Below, piece after piece: positions 18,315 to 26,971 of a stretch of 64,000 bases of DNA (positions are counted from its first letter, which is position 1; each line of letters starts with the position of its first letter). The position numbers and the translations under genes are program-made. Under the pieces are notes generated by a model. The model had not been told where the DNA came from and did not search any database. It saw only the letters and a program-made list of their open reading frames with translations. The DNA comes from an uncultured Acidobacteriota bacterium (GTDB taxonomy: Bacteria; Acidobacteriota; Thermoanaerobaculia; UBA5066; Gp7-AA6): positions 384,001 through 448,000 of the forward strand of contig CAVXTP010000006.1 of NCBI GenBank assembly GCA_963764715.1. The letters run 5' to 3'.

Positions 18315-20387
18315 TCAGGCCTCCGACGGAACGGGCAGCGCGCGGTCGTCCTGGAGGCGCGCGATCGCGTCGTCGTTGCCCAGAACCACGATGACGTCGC
18401 CGTGCTGGAACCGCTCCGGCGGCCCCGGAACGAAACGGCGCTCGAGGCCGTCCCGTCCCATGCGCTTCACGGCGATCACCGAGACGCCGTAGCGCGAGCG
18501 CAGCCGGAGCTCCGCCATCGTGCGCCCCGCGAGGGCCGCCGGGATCTCGAGCTCGACGAGGTGGTGCTTCTCCGGCAGCTCGAGAAAGTCGACCTCGCCG
18601 CCCTCGTCGCCGAAGGTGCGCACGGGCGTGACGAGGCGGTTGCGGCGCAGCACCTCGCTGTCGAAGGCGGCGAGCAGGTCGCGCTGGGTGACGACGCCGA
18701 GGAACTTCCGGCTGGCGGCGGAGTCGACCACCGGCAGCTGGCCGACGTCGCGGAACCAGAGCTTCTCGTTGACGGAGGTCAGCGGCTCCTCGGGCGTCGC
18801 GAACGGGATCTCGGTCAGGAGGTCCGCGGCGATCACCAGGTTCGAGAGCTCCCGCTCGGGGAAGGACTCCTTGATGTCGTGGATGTCGACGACCCCGAGG
18901 AGCCTCCCCTCCTCGTCGCCGATGTAGAGGAAGAGGCTCCGGGAGGACAGGAAACGCGACACGATCTCGGGCAGGGGCGTCGTCCGGGGCACCAGCGCGA
19001 CGTCGCGCCGCATGATGTCGGAGACCTTGAGGCTCGCGAGGGCCGTGGCCTCGGGCGTCGATTCCCAGACGATGCCGGCCGAGCGCAGGCTCGCGACGTA
19101 CATCGAGTCCTTCTGGAAGATGCGCGCGCTCGCGACGGCCAGCACCGAAACGACCATCATCGGGAGGAGCACGGCCGTGTTCTGGGTCAGCTCGAAGATC
19201 ATGATCACCGCCAGCAGCGGCGCCCGCGTCATGCCGGCGAGCATTCCGCCCATGCCGAGCAGGGCGTAGCTGCCGACCGAGGCGGAGAGATGCGGCGCCG
19301 CCGCATGCAGGAGGTTCGCGACGATCCCTCCGAGCGCGGCGCCGAGCATGAGCGAAGGAGTAAAGACGCCGCCCACGCCGCCCGAGCCGATGGTCGCGGT
19401 CGTGGCGACCATCTTGCCGACGAAGAGGATGGCCAGGAAGAGCAGCGTGGGATTGCCGTGCAGGATCCCGTCGGTCGCCTCGAACCCGTTGCCGTAGACC
19501 TGCGGCAGGCCGATCGCGATCAGCCCGACGACCGTGCCGCCGGTCGCCATGGCGGCCCAGACGGGCAGTTTCGACCGGGCGAAAGCCTTCTTGCCGAGCG
19601 AGAGGACCCGGACGAAACCGGCCGAGCCGAGGCCGCCGAGGATCCCGATCAGCATGAACGGGACGTACTCGACGACCGACTCGACCTTGAACGGGGCGAT
19701 CTTGTAGACCGGGTCGTCGCCGAGCACCCAGCGGACGACGAGCGTCGAGACGACGGCCGAGACGACCGCCGGCCCGAAGAGCGTCATGGCGAAGGAGCCC
19801 ACGACGACCTCGAGCACGAAGAGAGTCGCCGCGATCGGCGTGTTGTACGCGCCCGCCACGCCCGCCGCCATGCCGCAGGCTGTCAGGATTCGGATGCGCT
19901 CGGGCGAGACCTTCCACGCCCGGGCGAGGGCCGACGCGCAGGCCGCGCCGATCTGGATGATCGGGCCCTCGCGTCCCTCCGAGCCTCCCGTGGCGATGAC
20001 GACGACCGACGCCGCGCCGCGAGCGAGGGACGGCCGCAGGCGCACCGTCCGGCGGCCCAGGGACACGACCTCGATCATGTGCGAGATCCCGGACAGGGTG
20101 ACCTCCCCGAAGAAGAAGCGCGCGATGAGCCCCCCGACGAGGCCGCCCGCGGCGGGCAGGAGCACGCGCAACCACGGCTCCAGGCCCTCGGCTCCCCCGA
20201 GGATGTCGCTCGTTCCCATGAGCAGGTGCGTCAGCGTCCGTGTCAGCCAGCGGAACGCGATCGCGCCGAGGCCTCCGGCGAGGCCGGCGACGGCCGCGAG
20301 GATCAGGAACTGGGTGTTGGGATCGCGCCAGAAGAAGCGTCCGAACTTCGCGGGGCGGGTCGGGGCCTCGCCGAGCTCACTCTCCAT
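18315..20387 (-). CDS. ClC family chloride channel/antiporter with CBS pair and TrkA-C domain
   Basis: GREGP, GGVFTPSL, GNGFE; CBS (VSDIMRRDV) and RCK-C (LRSRYGVSVIAVKR); start MESELGE at 20387. Confidence 0.9.
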   Translation of the reverse strand: MESELGEAPTRPAKFGRFFWRDPNTQFLILAAVAGLAGGLGAIAFRWLTRTLTHLLMGTSDILGGAEGLEPWLRVLLPAAGGLVGGLIARFFFGEVTLSGISHMIEVVSLGRRTVRLRPSLARGAASVVVIATGGSEGREGPIIQIGAACASALARAWKVSPERIRILTACGMAAGVAGAYNTPIAATLFVLEVVVGSFAMTLFGPAVVSAVVSTLVVRWVLGDDPVYKIAPFKVESVVEYVPFMLIGILGGLGSAGFVRVLSLGKKAFARSKLPVWAAMATGGTVVGLIAIGLPQVYGNGFEATDGILHGNPTLLFLAILFVGKMVATTATIGSGGVGGVFTPSLMLGAALGGIVANLLHAAAPHLSASVGSYALLGMGGMLAGMTRAPLLAVIMIFELTQNTAVLLPMMVVSVLAVASARIFQKDSMYVASLRSAGIVWESTPEATALASLKVSDIMRRDVALVPRTTPLPEIVSRFLSSRSLFLYIGDEEGRLLGVVDIHDIKESFPERELSNLVIAADLLTEIPFATPEEPLTSVNEKLWFRDVGQLPVVDSAASRKFLGVVTQRDLLAAFDSEVLRRNRLVTPVRTFGDEGGEVDFLELPEKHHLVELEIPAALAGRTMAELRLRSRYGVSVIAVKRMGRDGLERRFVPGPPERFQHGDVIVVLGNDDAIARLQDDRALPVPSEA

Positions 20388-20592
20388 CTTCGAAACGGTC
20401 GGCCTCCGCTTCCGAGATCTCGTCGTCCCCGCCGAAGAAGAAAGCGTGGGCGCACTCGGTCCCGCAGAAGGTGCTGCCCCCCATGCGCTTGGCGCAGCCG
20501 TCGCACACCGACTTGTGGCAGATCGGGCAGCGCGGAAGGGCGAAGAGAAACTCGAGGCCGCAGATGCCGCAGTGATCCGATAGACCGGGCAC
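20377..20592 (-). CDS. Small Cys-rich zinc-finger-like protein with acidic tail
   Basis: CGIC-CPIC-CDGC-CGTEC then FFFGGDDEISEAEADRFEDGE; stop overlaps ClC start; start uncertain. Confidence 0.7.
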   Translation of the reverse strand: MPGLSDHCGICGLEFLFALPRCPICHKSVCDGCAKRMGGSTFCGTECAHAFFFGGDDEISEAEADRFEDGE

Positions 20593-20705
20593 GAGAAGAG
20601 TATACGGCGGGGCCCCCCGGCGACCTGTCCTCGCCCGCCGGAACCCCCTGTCCACACGACCAACTTTCCCGCCTGTCCCCGTGCCTGTACCATGGACTCA
20701 CATCC

Positions 20706-21320
20706 ATGAATCTCTTGCGGAGCCGTCGGAGGGGTTCGCCCCTGGTGGCCGTTGCCCTTCTCGCCGCGGCGGCGCTCGCGCGGCCTGCGACGGCGCGCGC
20801 GCAGCCGTATCCGGGGTTCTGGAAGGTCGGCAACCTCATCTACGCGCCCTGCAACTACGAGCCGTACACGAGCTACACCGACCCCTCGACGGGCTACGAG
20901 CGCTACATGCGCTACGACTTCTCGTCGATGCGGCCCGATCCCGCCCATGCCGGCCAGTTCGCGGGCTACGGAGGCCCCAACCACACGGCCCAGTGGTACG
21001 GCGCCGAGGGAAAGATCTACCCGATCCTTCCGCAGGGCGTCCCGAACCCGATCGGTTTCTACCCCGGGCCGCCGGCCGAGGCCGACCTCTGCGACGAGTA
21101 CATCTCGATGAACCCCGGGAAGCCCTGCCCGACGTCGCTTTCGAGCTACAAGACGAAGATCTCGAACAACTCCGTCTGGAAGGCGGGCCTCAACGCCTTC
21201 ATCGACCGGATCACGGAGGAGTGCAGCGCGCCGCCGCCGCCCACACCCACCCCGACGCCGGCGCCGCCCGGCTGCCGCGGCCGGTCGACCGGCTGCGTCA
21301 CCCCCGGTCCGGGCCAGTAG
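20706..21320 (+). CDS. Secreted Tyr/Pro/Cys-rich hypothetical protein
   Basis: Signal peptide ending ATARA; six Cys; PTPTPTP linker; 3' part of ORF 18402..21320. Confidence 0.75.
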   Translation: MNLLRSRRRGSPLVAVALLAAAALARPATARAQPYPGFWKVGNLIYAPCNYEPYTSYTDPSTGYERYMRYDFSSMRPDPAHAGQFAGYGGPNHTAQWYGAEGKIYPILPQGVPNPIGFYPGPPAEADLCDEYISMNPGKPCPTSLSSYKTKISNNSVWKAGLNAFIDRITEECSAPPPPTPTPTPAPPGCRGRSTGCVTPGPGQ

Positions 21321-21369
21321 TCCCCGCTTCGGCTCGCTTCCCCGGTTTTTGCTATCATCCGCCGCCCTT

Positions 21370-21446
21370 GGCGGTGTAGCTCAGCTGGTCAGAGCACGCG
21401 GCTCATATCCGCTAGGTCCGGGGTTCAAATCCCTGCACCGCCACCA
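21370..21446 (+). tRNA. tRNA-Met(CAT), probably elongator
   Basis: GGCGGTGTAGCTCAGCTGG...GCGG-CTCATAT-CCGC...GGTTCAAATCCCTGCACCGCCACCA; paired G1-C72 argues against initiator; TGcTATCAT extended -10 at 21350-21358. Confidence 0.93.
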
Positions 21447-21547
21447 ACTTTGCTCACGCCAATTCGGCACACTGGCCGCGGGCGCTCGGTCGGCGGCACG
21501 ATACGTCCAATGACGGGATTGAAGTCGAGCCGGGGTCGATCGCGGTA

Positions 21548-22312
21548 TCAGACGCCGCGGCGTCCGGTCTTCGCGGTTCCCAGGGTGCCGAGGACCAGGT
21601 CCCACAGCGGCGAGCTGACGCCGAAGTCGTGGCTCGAGTCCCCGTAGTGATGCCGGAAGTGGCGGCGCTTCAGCGCCCGGACGAGCGCCCAGGATCCGCT
21701 CGCGTGGTGCACGACGAAATGGATCGTGTCGTACACCAGGTATCCCGCGATGAAGCCGGCGAAGACCGCGGGCGCCGCGACCCCGAAGAGTCCCTTGAAG
21801 GCCAGGAAGAAGAGAGCCGCCAGCGGAATGCTCACGGACGGCGGCATCACGAGACGGGTCGAGTCGTTGGGATAGTCGTGGTGCACGCCGTGCACCACGA
21901 AGTAGAACTTGTGGCGCAGGGTCGGGAGGGCCGGCAAAACCGCCTGGCCTGGCGCGAGCGAGCCGACGACGCGCCGCGTGTCGTCTTCGATCCACTGCGG
22001 CGGATGAAAGATCGAGCGGTGAATGAGGTACTCGAGGAGCGTCCAGAGGAAGAGCCCTCCGAGAGCGAGGGCTCCCACTCTCGCGGGGCCCGTCGTCCGG
22101 AAGGCGGCCGCGAGCGCAAAGGCGATGACCGGCAGAAAAATGGCGTGCGGAGCCCAGGGGGGCACGTGGCTCAAGGCCTCCTGGACGCGGCCCCCGAACA
22201 TCCGACAGGAAGCGTCGTCGTTGTTGACGAACCGCACCTCACGGGGCGCTGCCTTCGCGTTCCCGTCCGGGGCGCCTCCCGACGTGCTCATCGTGGTTTT
22301 CGCTGCTGACAT
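21548..22312 (-). CDS. Fatty acid hydroxylase / sterol desaturase family protein (FA2H-like)
   Basis: His boxes EYLIHRSIFH, HGVHHDYP, YDTIHFVVHH, HFRHH; FGVSSPLWD. Confidence 0.88.
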   Translation of the reverse strand: MSAAKTTMSTSGGAPDGNAKAAPREVRFVNNDDASCRMFGGRVQEALSHVPPWAPHAIFLPVIAFALAAAFRTTGPARVGALALGGLFLWTLLEYLIHRSIFHPPQWIEDDTRRVVGSLAPGQAVLPALPTLRHKFYFVVHGVHHDYPNDSTRLVMPPSVSIPLAALFFLAFKGLFGVAAPAVFAGFIAGYLVYDTIHFVVHHASGSWALVRALKRRHFRHHYGDSSHDFGVSSPLWDLVLGTLGTAKTGRRGV

Positions 22313-22335
22313 GTGACGACCTGACTCTCCTGCAT

Positions 22336-23712
22336 TCAACAATACCGGTCCCCGAATGATATGCGACTCGGGGCCCGGCCGCGAAGGCCCCGTGGGAATC
22401 GAATCTTTCGGCCGGCTTGCTCAGCGAAATGGGCGCATTCCGCTCTTTCGAGCCGCCCGACCGCGGGATTCGTCCTCGGACCCGGCGGAGTCCAGGTCGC
22501 CCGGAAGGCGAGCACCGCGTTGAGACCCCCGAAAGCGAAGGAGTTGGAGAGGGCCGCCTCGGGACGGGCGGCCCGAGCTCGGTTGGGCACGACGTCGAGG
22601 TCGCATTCGGGATCCGGGGCCGTGAAGTTCGCTGTCGGTGGAAGGATCCCCTTTTCGAGGGCGAGCACGGTGGCGACTGCCTCCAGGGCACCGGCTGCGC
22701 CCAGGGCGTGTCCGTGCATCGACTTGGTCGAGCTGACGGCGAGGCGATCCGCTCGAGCGCCGAAGACCTCCCGGATCGCGCGTACTTCGGCCAGATCGTT
22801 GCCGCGCGTTCCCGTGCCGTGGGCGTTGATGTAGCCGATCTGCTCTGGTGAGAGCTCAGCGTCGGCGAGCGCCGCCCGCATCGCGCGGGCGGGCCCTTCG
22901 ACGGTCGGCTGCGTCACGTGGTGGGCGTCCGAAGACATGCCGAAGCCCGAGATCTCGGCGTAGATCCGGGCTCCCCGGGCTCTGGCCGCCTCGAGCGGCT
23001 CGAGGACGAGCATCGCGCCGCCCTCCCCGAGGATCAGCCCCCGGCGATCGAGAGAAAATGGCCGGCACGTGTCCGGAGCGACGACGCGCATCGCCTCCCA
23101 GGCTTTCAGGTGACCCGGGGAAAAGGGAGCCTCGCTGCCCCCGGCAATCGCCAGGTCCACGGCGCCGCCGCGCACCATCCAGAAGGCCTGGCCGATCGCG
23201 TGATTGGCGGACGAGCAGGCGGTGGAAATCGTGCAGCAGGGACCGGTCAGACCGAACTCCATCGAGATCTGGCTCGCTCCGGCGTTGGCCATGGTTCGGG
23301 GAATCGAGAGGGGATGGACGCGGCCGGATTTCCGCTGATAGAGCTCGACGAAGGCCGCGTCCTGCGTGGTCTGGCCGCCCAGGCTCGATCCCGTGTAGAC
23401 GGCAGCGCGCTCGCGCAGTTCCGGCGTGAGCTCCACGCCGGAGTCACGCACGGCCTCTCGGGCCGTGATGACGGCGAATTGGGCGAAGCGATCCAGCAGA
23501 TCCATGCGGCCGGGATCGAAGTGCTCGGCGGGATCGAGACCCTTCACTTCGGCGCCGTTCTGAAACCGGAGGCCCGACACGTCGACGGACTCGATGCGGG
23601 CAATCCCCGAACGGCCGTCGCACAGCGCCGCCCACATCCGCGGGACATCGTGGCCGAGCGCCGAGATCGCTCCGACGCCGGTCACGGCGACGCGCCGGGG
23701 CGGCGAGGTCAT
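22336..23712 (-). CDS. Beta-ketoacyl-ACP synthase, NodE-like
   Basis: TACSS, HGTGT, HGH, SNSFAFGG; KAWEAMRVVAPDTCRPFS recalls NodE; conserved part ends near 22495, tail may be read-through. Confidence 0.88.
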   Translation of the reverse strand: MTSPPRRVAVTGVGAISALGHDVPRMWAALCDGRSGIARIESVDVSGLRFQNGAEVKGLDPAEHFDPGRMDLLDRFAQFAVITAREAVRDSGVELTPELRERAAVYTGSSLGGQTTQDAAFVELYQRKSGRVHPLSIPRTMANAGASQISMEFGLTGPCCTISTACSSANHAIGQAFWMVRGGAVDLAIAGGSEAPFSPGHLKAWEAMRVVAPDTCRPFSLDRRGLILGEGGAMLVLEPLEAARARGARIYAEISGFGMSSDAHHVTQPTVEGPARAMRAALADAELSPEQIGYINAHGTGTRGNDLAEVRAIREVFGARADRLAVSSTKSMHGHALGAAGALEAVATVLALEKGILPPTANFTAPDPECDLDVVPNRARAARPEAALSNSFAFGGLNAVLAFRATWTPPGPRTNPAVGRLERAECAHFAEQAGRKIRFPRGLRGRAPSRISFGDRYC

Positions 23713-23990
23713 TGGCTCGCGGGCGCGGACGGGGGCGCGGATTCGGCAGGACCGCGGGCGATCAGCGCCCTCAGTCCTTCGACGACGTCGCGGACGCTGC
23801 GGGCCGATTTCGCCGCCTCGTCGGGAATGACGATGTCGAGCCGGGCCTCGAGCTCGAAGAGCAGCGTGATGGCGTCCAGGGAATCGACGCCGAGCTCCGC
23901 GAACGTGCTGTCGATCGAGATCCGCTCCGGGGCAACGTGCTTGACCCCCGCCAGGGCGGCGATGACTGTGTCGGCGAGTGGATCGGGCAT
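23709..23990 (-). CDS. Acyl carrier protein
   Basis: LGVDSLD phosphopantetheine motif; stop overlaps KS start. Confidence 0.92.
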   Translation of the reverse strand: MPDPLADTVIAALAGVKHVAPERISIDSTFAELGVDSLDAITLLFELEARLDIVIPDEAAKSARSVRDVVEGLRALIARGPAESAPPSAPASQ

Positions 23991-24146
23991 GAAGGCGAGT
24001 CTCGACGCGTCGGAACGTATCGGGCGCCGGTCGAAAAAGCAATAAGGATAGGGTTAAGGGAACGAGGGTCCGGTTCCTGCCGCGACTACGATCGAGGTGG
24101 CCGCACGGTGGAGACGAGTCGTTCCGCCGTGGCAAGCCGCGAGATC

Positions 24147-25010
24147 ATGAACGGGCGCTGCCGCAACCCGGGGATACGAAGCCTGCCGCTGCTCGTCTGG
24201 GCCATCCTGGCGTTGCCTCCGCGCGCGCTTGCGGCCGGACTGCCTCCTCCGGATTCCCTCGACCTCGGTTACCGGCGGATGTACGAGCTCGACTTCGAGG
24301 ACGCGCTGAGCGCGTTCTCGGCATGGCAACGGGCGCATCCGGAGGATCCGCTCGGGCCGGCTTCGGAGGCCGCGGGCACTCTGTTCTCGGATTTGAATCG
24401 ACTCGGAATTCTCGAGGCCCAGTTCTTCGTCCAGGACGAGAGCTTCCTCGGGCGGAAAGGCCTGCGTCCGGACCCCGATGCCCGCGCCCGGTTCGACGCC
24501 GCCCTGCGGCGCTCGGACGTTCTCGCGCGGACCAGGATCGCGACCGAGCCTCGGGACACGGACGCCCTCTTCGCGCTGACCCTCGTATCCGGGCTCCAGG
24601 CGGACTACCTGTCCCTCATCGAGAACCGGAACCTCGCGGCCCTCGGGCCGACGCGGCGGGCCACGGAGTGGGCGCAAAAGCTTCTGGCCGTGGCGCCCGA
24701 CTATGGCGATGCCTACCTCGCGACGGGGCTCTCGAAGTACCTCATCGGGAGCAGCCCGGCCCCCGTCCGGTGGCTCCTGAGCCTCGGAGGGTTTTCGGCA
24801 GACAAGCGCCAGGGAATCCGGGAGCTCGAGTGGACGGCGGAAAGAGGGCGCTACCTCGCTCCGTTCGCCCGGCTGCTCCTGGCCATCGCCTACCTGCGCG
24901 AGAACGACGGCCCGCGCGCGCGGAGTATGCTCGAGGAGCTGCGCGACGCGTTTCCCGAAAACCCGTTGTACTCCCGCGAGATCGCGCGAATCGACGCAGG
25001 CCGGAACTGA
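24147..25010 (+). CDS. Secreted helical (TPR-like) hypothetical protein
   Basis: Signal peptide; helical segments such as APDYGDAYLATG; stop 3 bp before PKS. Confidence 0.7.
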   Translation: MNGRCRNPGIRSLPLLVWAILALPPRALAAGLPPPDSLDLGYRRMYELDFEDALSAFSAWQRAHPEDPLGPASEAAGTLFSDLNRLGILEAQFFVQDESFLGRKGLRPDPDARARFDAALRRSDVLARTRIATEPRDTDALFALTLVSGLQADYLSLIENRNLAALGPTRRATEWAQKLLAVAPDYGDAYLATGLSKYLIGSSPAPVRWLLSLGGFSADKRQGIRELEWTAERGRYLAPFARLLLAIAYLRENDGPRARSMLEELRDAFPENPLYSREIARIDAGRN

Positions 25011-25013
25011 CGC

Positions 25014-26069
25014 ATGGCCGAACCCGTCATCGCCGCCACCGCGACCGCGGTTCCCGATTTCGTGGTCACGCGCGAGGTGGTCAAAACCTACTTCGGGCAG
25101 GTGTTCCCCCTCGAGGGCTCACGACTCGACGCCATGATGGGGGTCGTGGACAACTCCGGGATCCGGCAGCGCTTCTGCGTCCTGCCCGTGGACGAGCTCA
25201 TCCGTCCGAGATCCCTCGAGAGAATCAGCCAGCAGTATCAGGAGCACGCGATCCGCCTCGGCCGCGCGGTCGCGACCGAGTGCCTCGAGCGCGCGCAGTT
25301 GCGCCCCGAGGAAATCGACCTGATCATCACCGTTTCGTGCACCGGCGTGATGATCCCGTCGCTCGACGCGCATCTGGTCAACGCCATGGGCTTTCGGTCG
25401 AATGTTCGCCGCCTGCCGATCACGGAGCTCGGGTGCGCCGCGGGCGCCTCGGCGATCGCGCGAGGGCGCGATTTCCTGCTGGCGTTCCCGCGGGGCAAGG
25501 TCCTGATCGTCGCCGTCGAGCTCGCGAGCCTCACGTTTCAGCGCGGCAGCCTCTCTCAAGCCAACCTGATTTCGAGCATCCTCTTCGGCGACGGCGCCGC
25601 TGCGGCCGTCATGAGCGGGCAAGAGGTGCCCGGGCCGCGGGTGCTCGACGCCGAGAGTTACCTGTTCCCCGACTCGATCGACGCGATGGGCTTCGCGCTG
25701 AAGGAGACGGGGCTCCACATCGTGCTCTCCCGCGACGTCCCGGACATGATCCGGGCCCGGATCCGGGGCCTCGTGCAGTGCTTTCTCGAGCGCCACGGTC
25801 TTGCTCCCGAGGGAATCGACGCCTTCGTGCTCCATCCGGGCGGCCGAAAGCTCCTCGCCGCCATCGAAGAAGAGCTCGCTCTGCCTCGCCAGCGTACACA
25901 ACCCTCGTGGGACGTCCTCGCCGAGTATGGGAATCTGTCGAGCGCGTCGGTGCTCTTCGTGCTCCACGAATGGCTGACGAAGAGGCGGCCCACGCCTGGC
26001 AGCCTCGGCCTCATGGCGGCCTTCGGGCCCGGCTTCACGGCGGAGCAGCTCCTGCTGCAATGGGCATGA
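25014..26069 (+). CDS. Type III polyketide synthase
   Basis: Cys-His-Asn triad: LGCAAG, HPGG, GNLSS; LFGDGA; FGPG. Confidence 0.93.
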   Translation: MAEPVIAATATAVPDFVVTREVVKTYFGQVFPLEGSRLDAMMGVVDNSGIRQRFCVLPVDELIRPRSLERISQQYQEHAIRLGRAVATECLERAQLRPEEIDLIITVSCTGVMIPSLDAHLVNAMGFRSNVRRLPITELGCAAGASAIARGRDFLLAFPRGKVLIVAVELASLTFQRGSLSQANLISSILFGDGAAAAVMSGQEVPGPRVLDAESYLFPDSIDAMGFALKETGLHIVLSRDVPDMIRARIRGLVQCFLERHGLAPEGIDAFVLHPGGRKLLAAIEEELALPRQRTQPSWDVLAEYGNLSSASVLFVLHEWLTKRRPTPGSLGLMAAFGPGFTAEQLLLQWA

Positions 26070-26185
26070 GGGTTTAGCGAAGCCGTCGGCCGGTCGACCC
26101 GGCGCTCACCTGGTCCCCAGGGCCGTATGACTGCGCCCAGGCCGGGCGAGTCAGAGAAACGCGCCCCCGCTCCGACCGAGCGCGG

Positions 26186-26539
26186 TCACTGAGCGCCCCG
26201 CTCGAGAATGTCCTTCAGGATGATTGCACTGTTTCGCTCCTCGTCACTGGCGGCGTAGACGAAGGTGACCCGCTTTTCCCGAGTAGTGACGTGCCTCAGA
26301 AGGGCCAGAATGCCCGGTCGGGCCTTCAACTCAGCCCGATATCGCTGGCGAAACCGCGGCCAGCGGGCCGGATCGTGGCGGTACCACTCCCGCAATTCCG
26401 GGCTGGGGGCCAGCTCCTTCAGCCAGAGGTCGACCTTCGCCCTCCGTTTGGTCACTCCGCGCGGCCAGAGGCGTTCCACCAGGATCCGCATCCCGTCGTT
26501 CCTCGATGCCGGCTCGTAGGCACGCTTCAGCTTGATCAT
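26186..26539 (-). CDS. DUF488 / YeaO family protein
   Basis: MIKLKRAYE, RILVERLWPRG, WLKELAPSPELREWY. Confidence 0.88.
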   Translation of the reverse strand: MIKLKRAYEPASRNDGMRILVERLWPRGVTKRRAKVDLWLKELAPSPELREWYRHDPARWPRFRQRYRAELKARPGILALLRHVTTREKRVTFVYAASDEERNSAIILKDILERGAQ

Positions 26540-26640
26540 TCTCGGCCTCTCCTCCGATGTTCGCCAACGGGCGACGTTCGATGAACCCCCGGCGCGACCG
26601 GCAATTTCGTCAACGGGCGGGAGGCGCGTATCCTTCTCGC

Positions 26641-26889
26641 ATGACGAAGAAACAGCGCCCGATTCTCCAGGCTCTCGTGATCGCCTGTGCGCTCGCCTCG
26701 CCCGCTTTCGCGGCGGCCCCGACTCCGACCCCGACGCCGAGGCCTGTCGGAGCAACCACGGTGAAGAGCTCGAAATCGAACTCCTCCGATCGCGTGGCTG
26801 CGACCCCGACATCCAGACCGGTGGAGGGGAAACCCTCGAAAGAACAGCGGGTCGCCCCGACACCCAAGGCCGGCGGCGCAACGCCGTAG
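26641..26889 (+). CDS. Small secreted low-complexity protein
   Basis: Signal peptide ending PAFA, then APTPTPTPRP...VKSSKSNSSDR. Confidence 0.55.
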   Translation: MTKKQRPILQALVIACALASPAFAAAPTPTPTPRPVGATTVKSSKSNSSDRVAATPTSRPVEGKPSKEQRVAPTPKAGGATP

Positions 26890-26971
26890 CGACGCCCGAC
26901 GAACGGATCCGCCCGTCCTGTGCGCGGGGCTCGACAGAGCGCCGAACCCCGCGCCGCGCATGCGACGGCCT

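Noticed and set aside
13675-21446. Prophage or integrative element between the tRNAs
   Set aside because: No integrase, phage or transposase genes seen, and both tRNA 3' ends point away from this interval.
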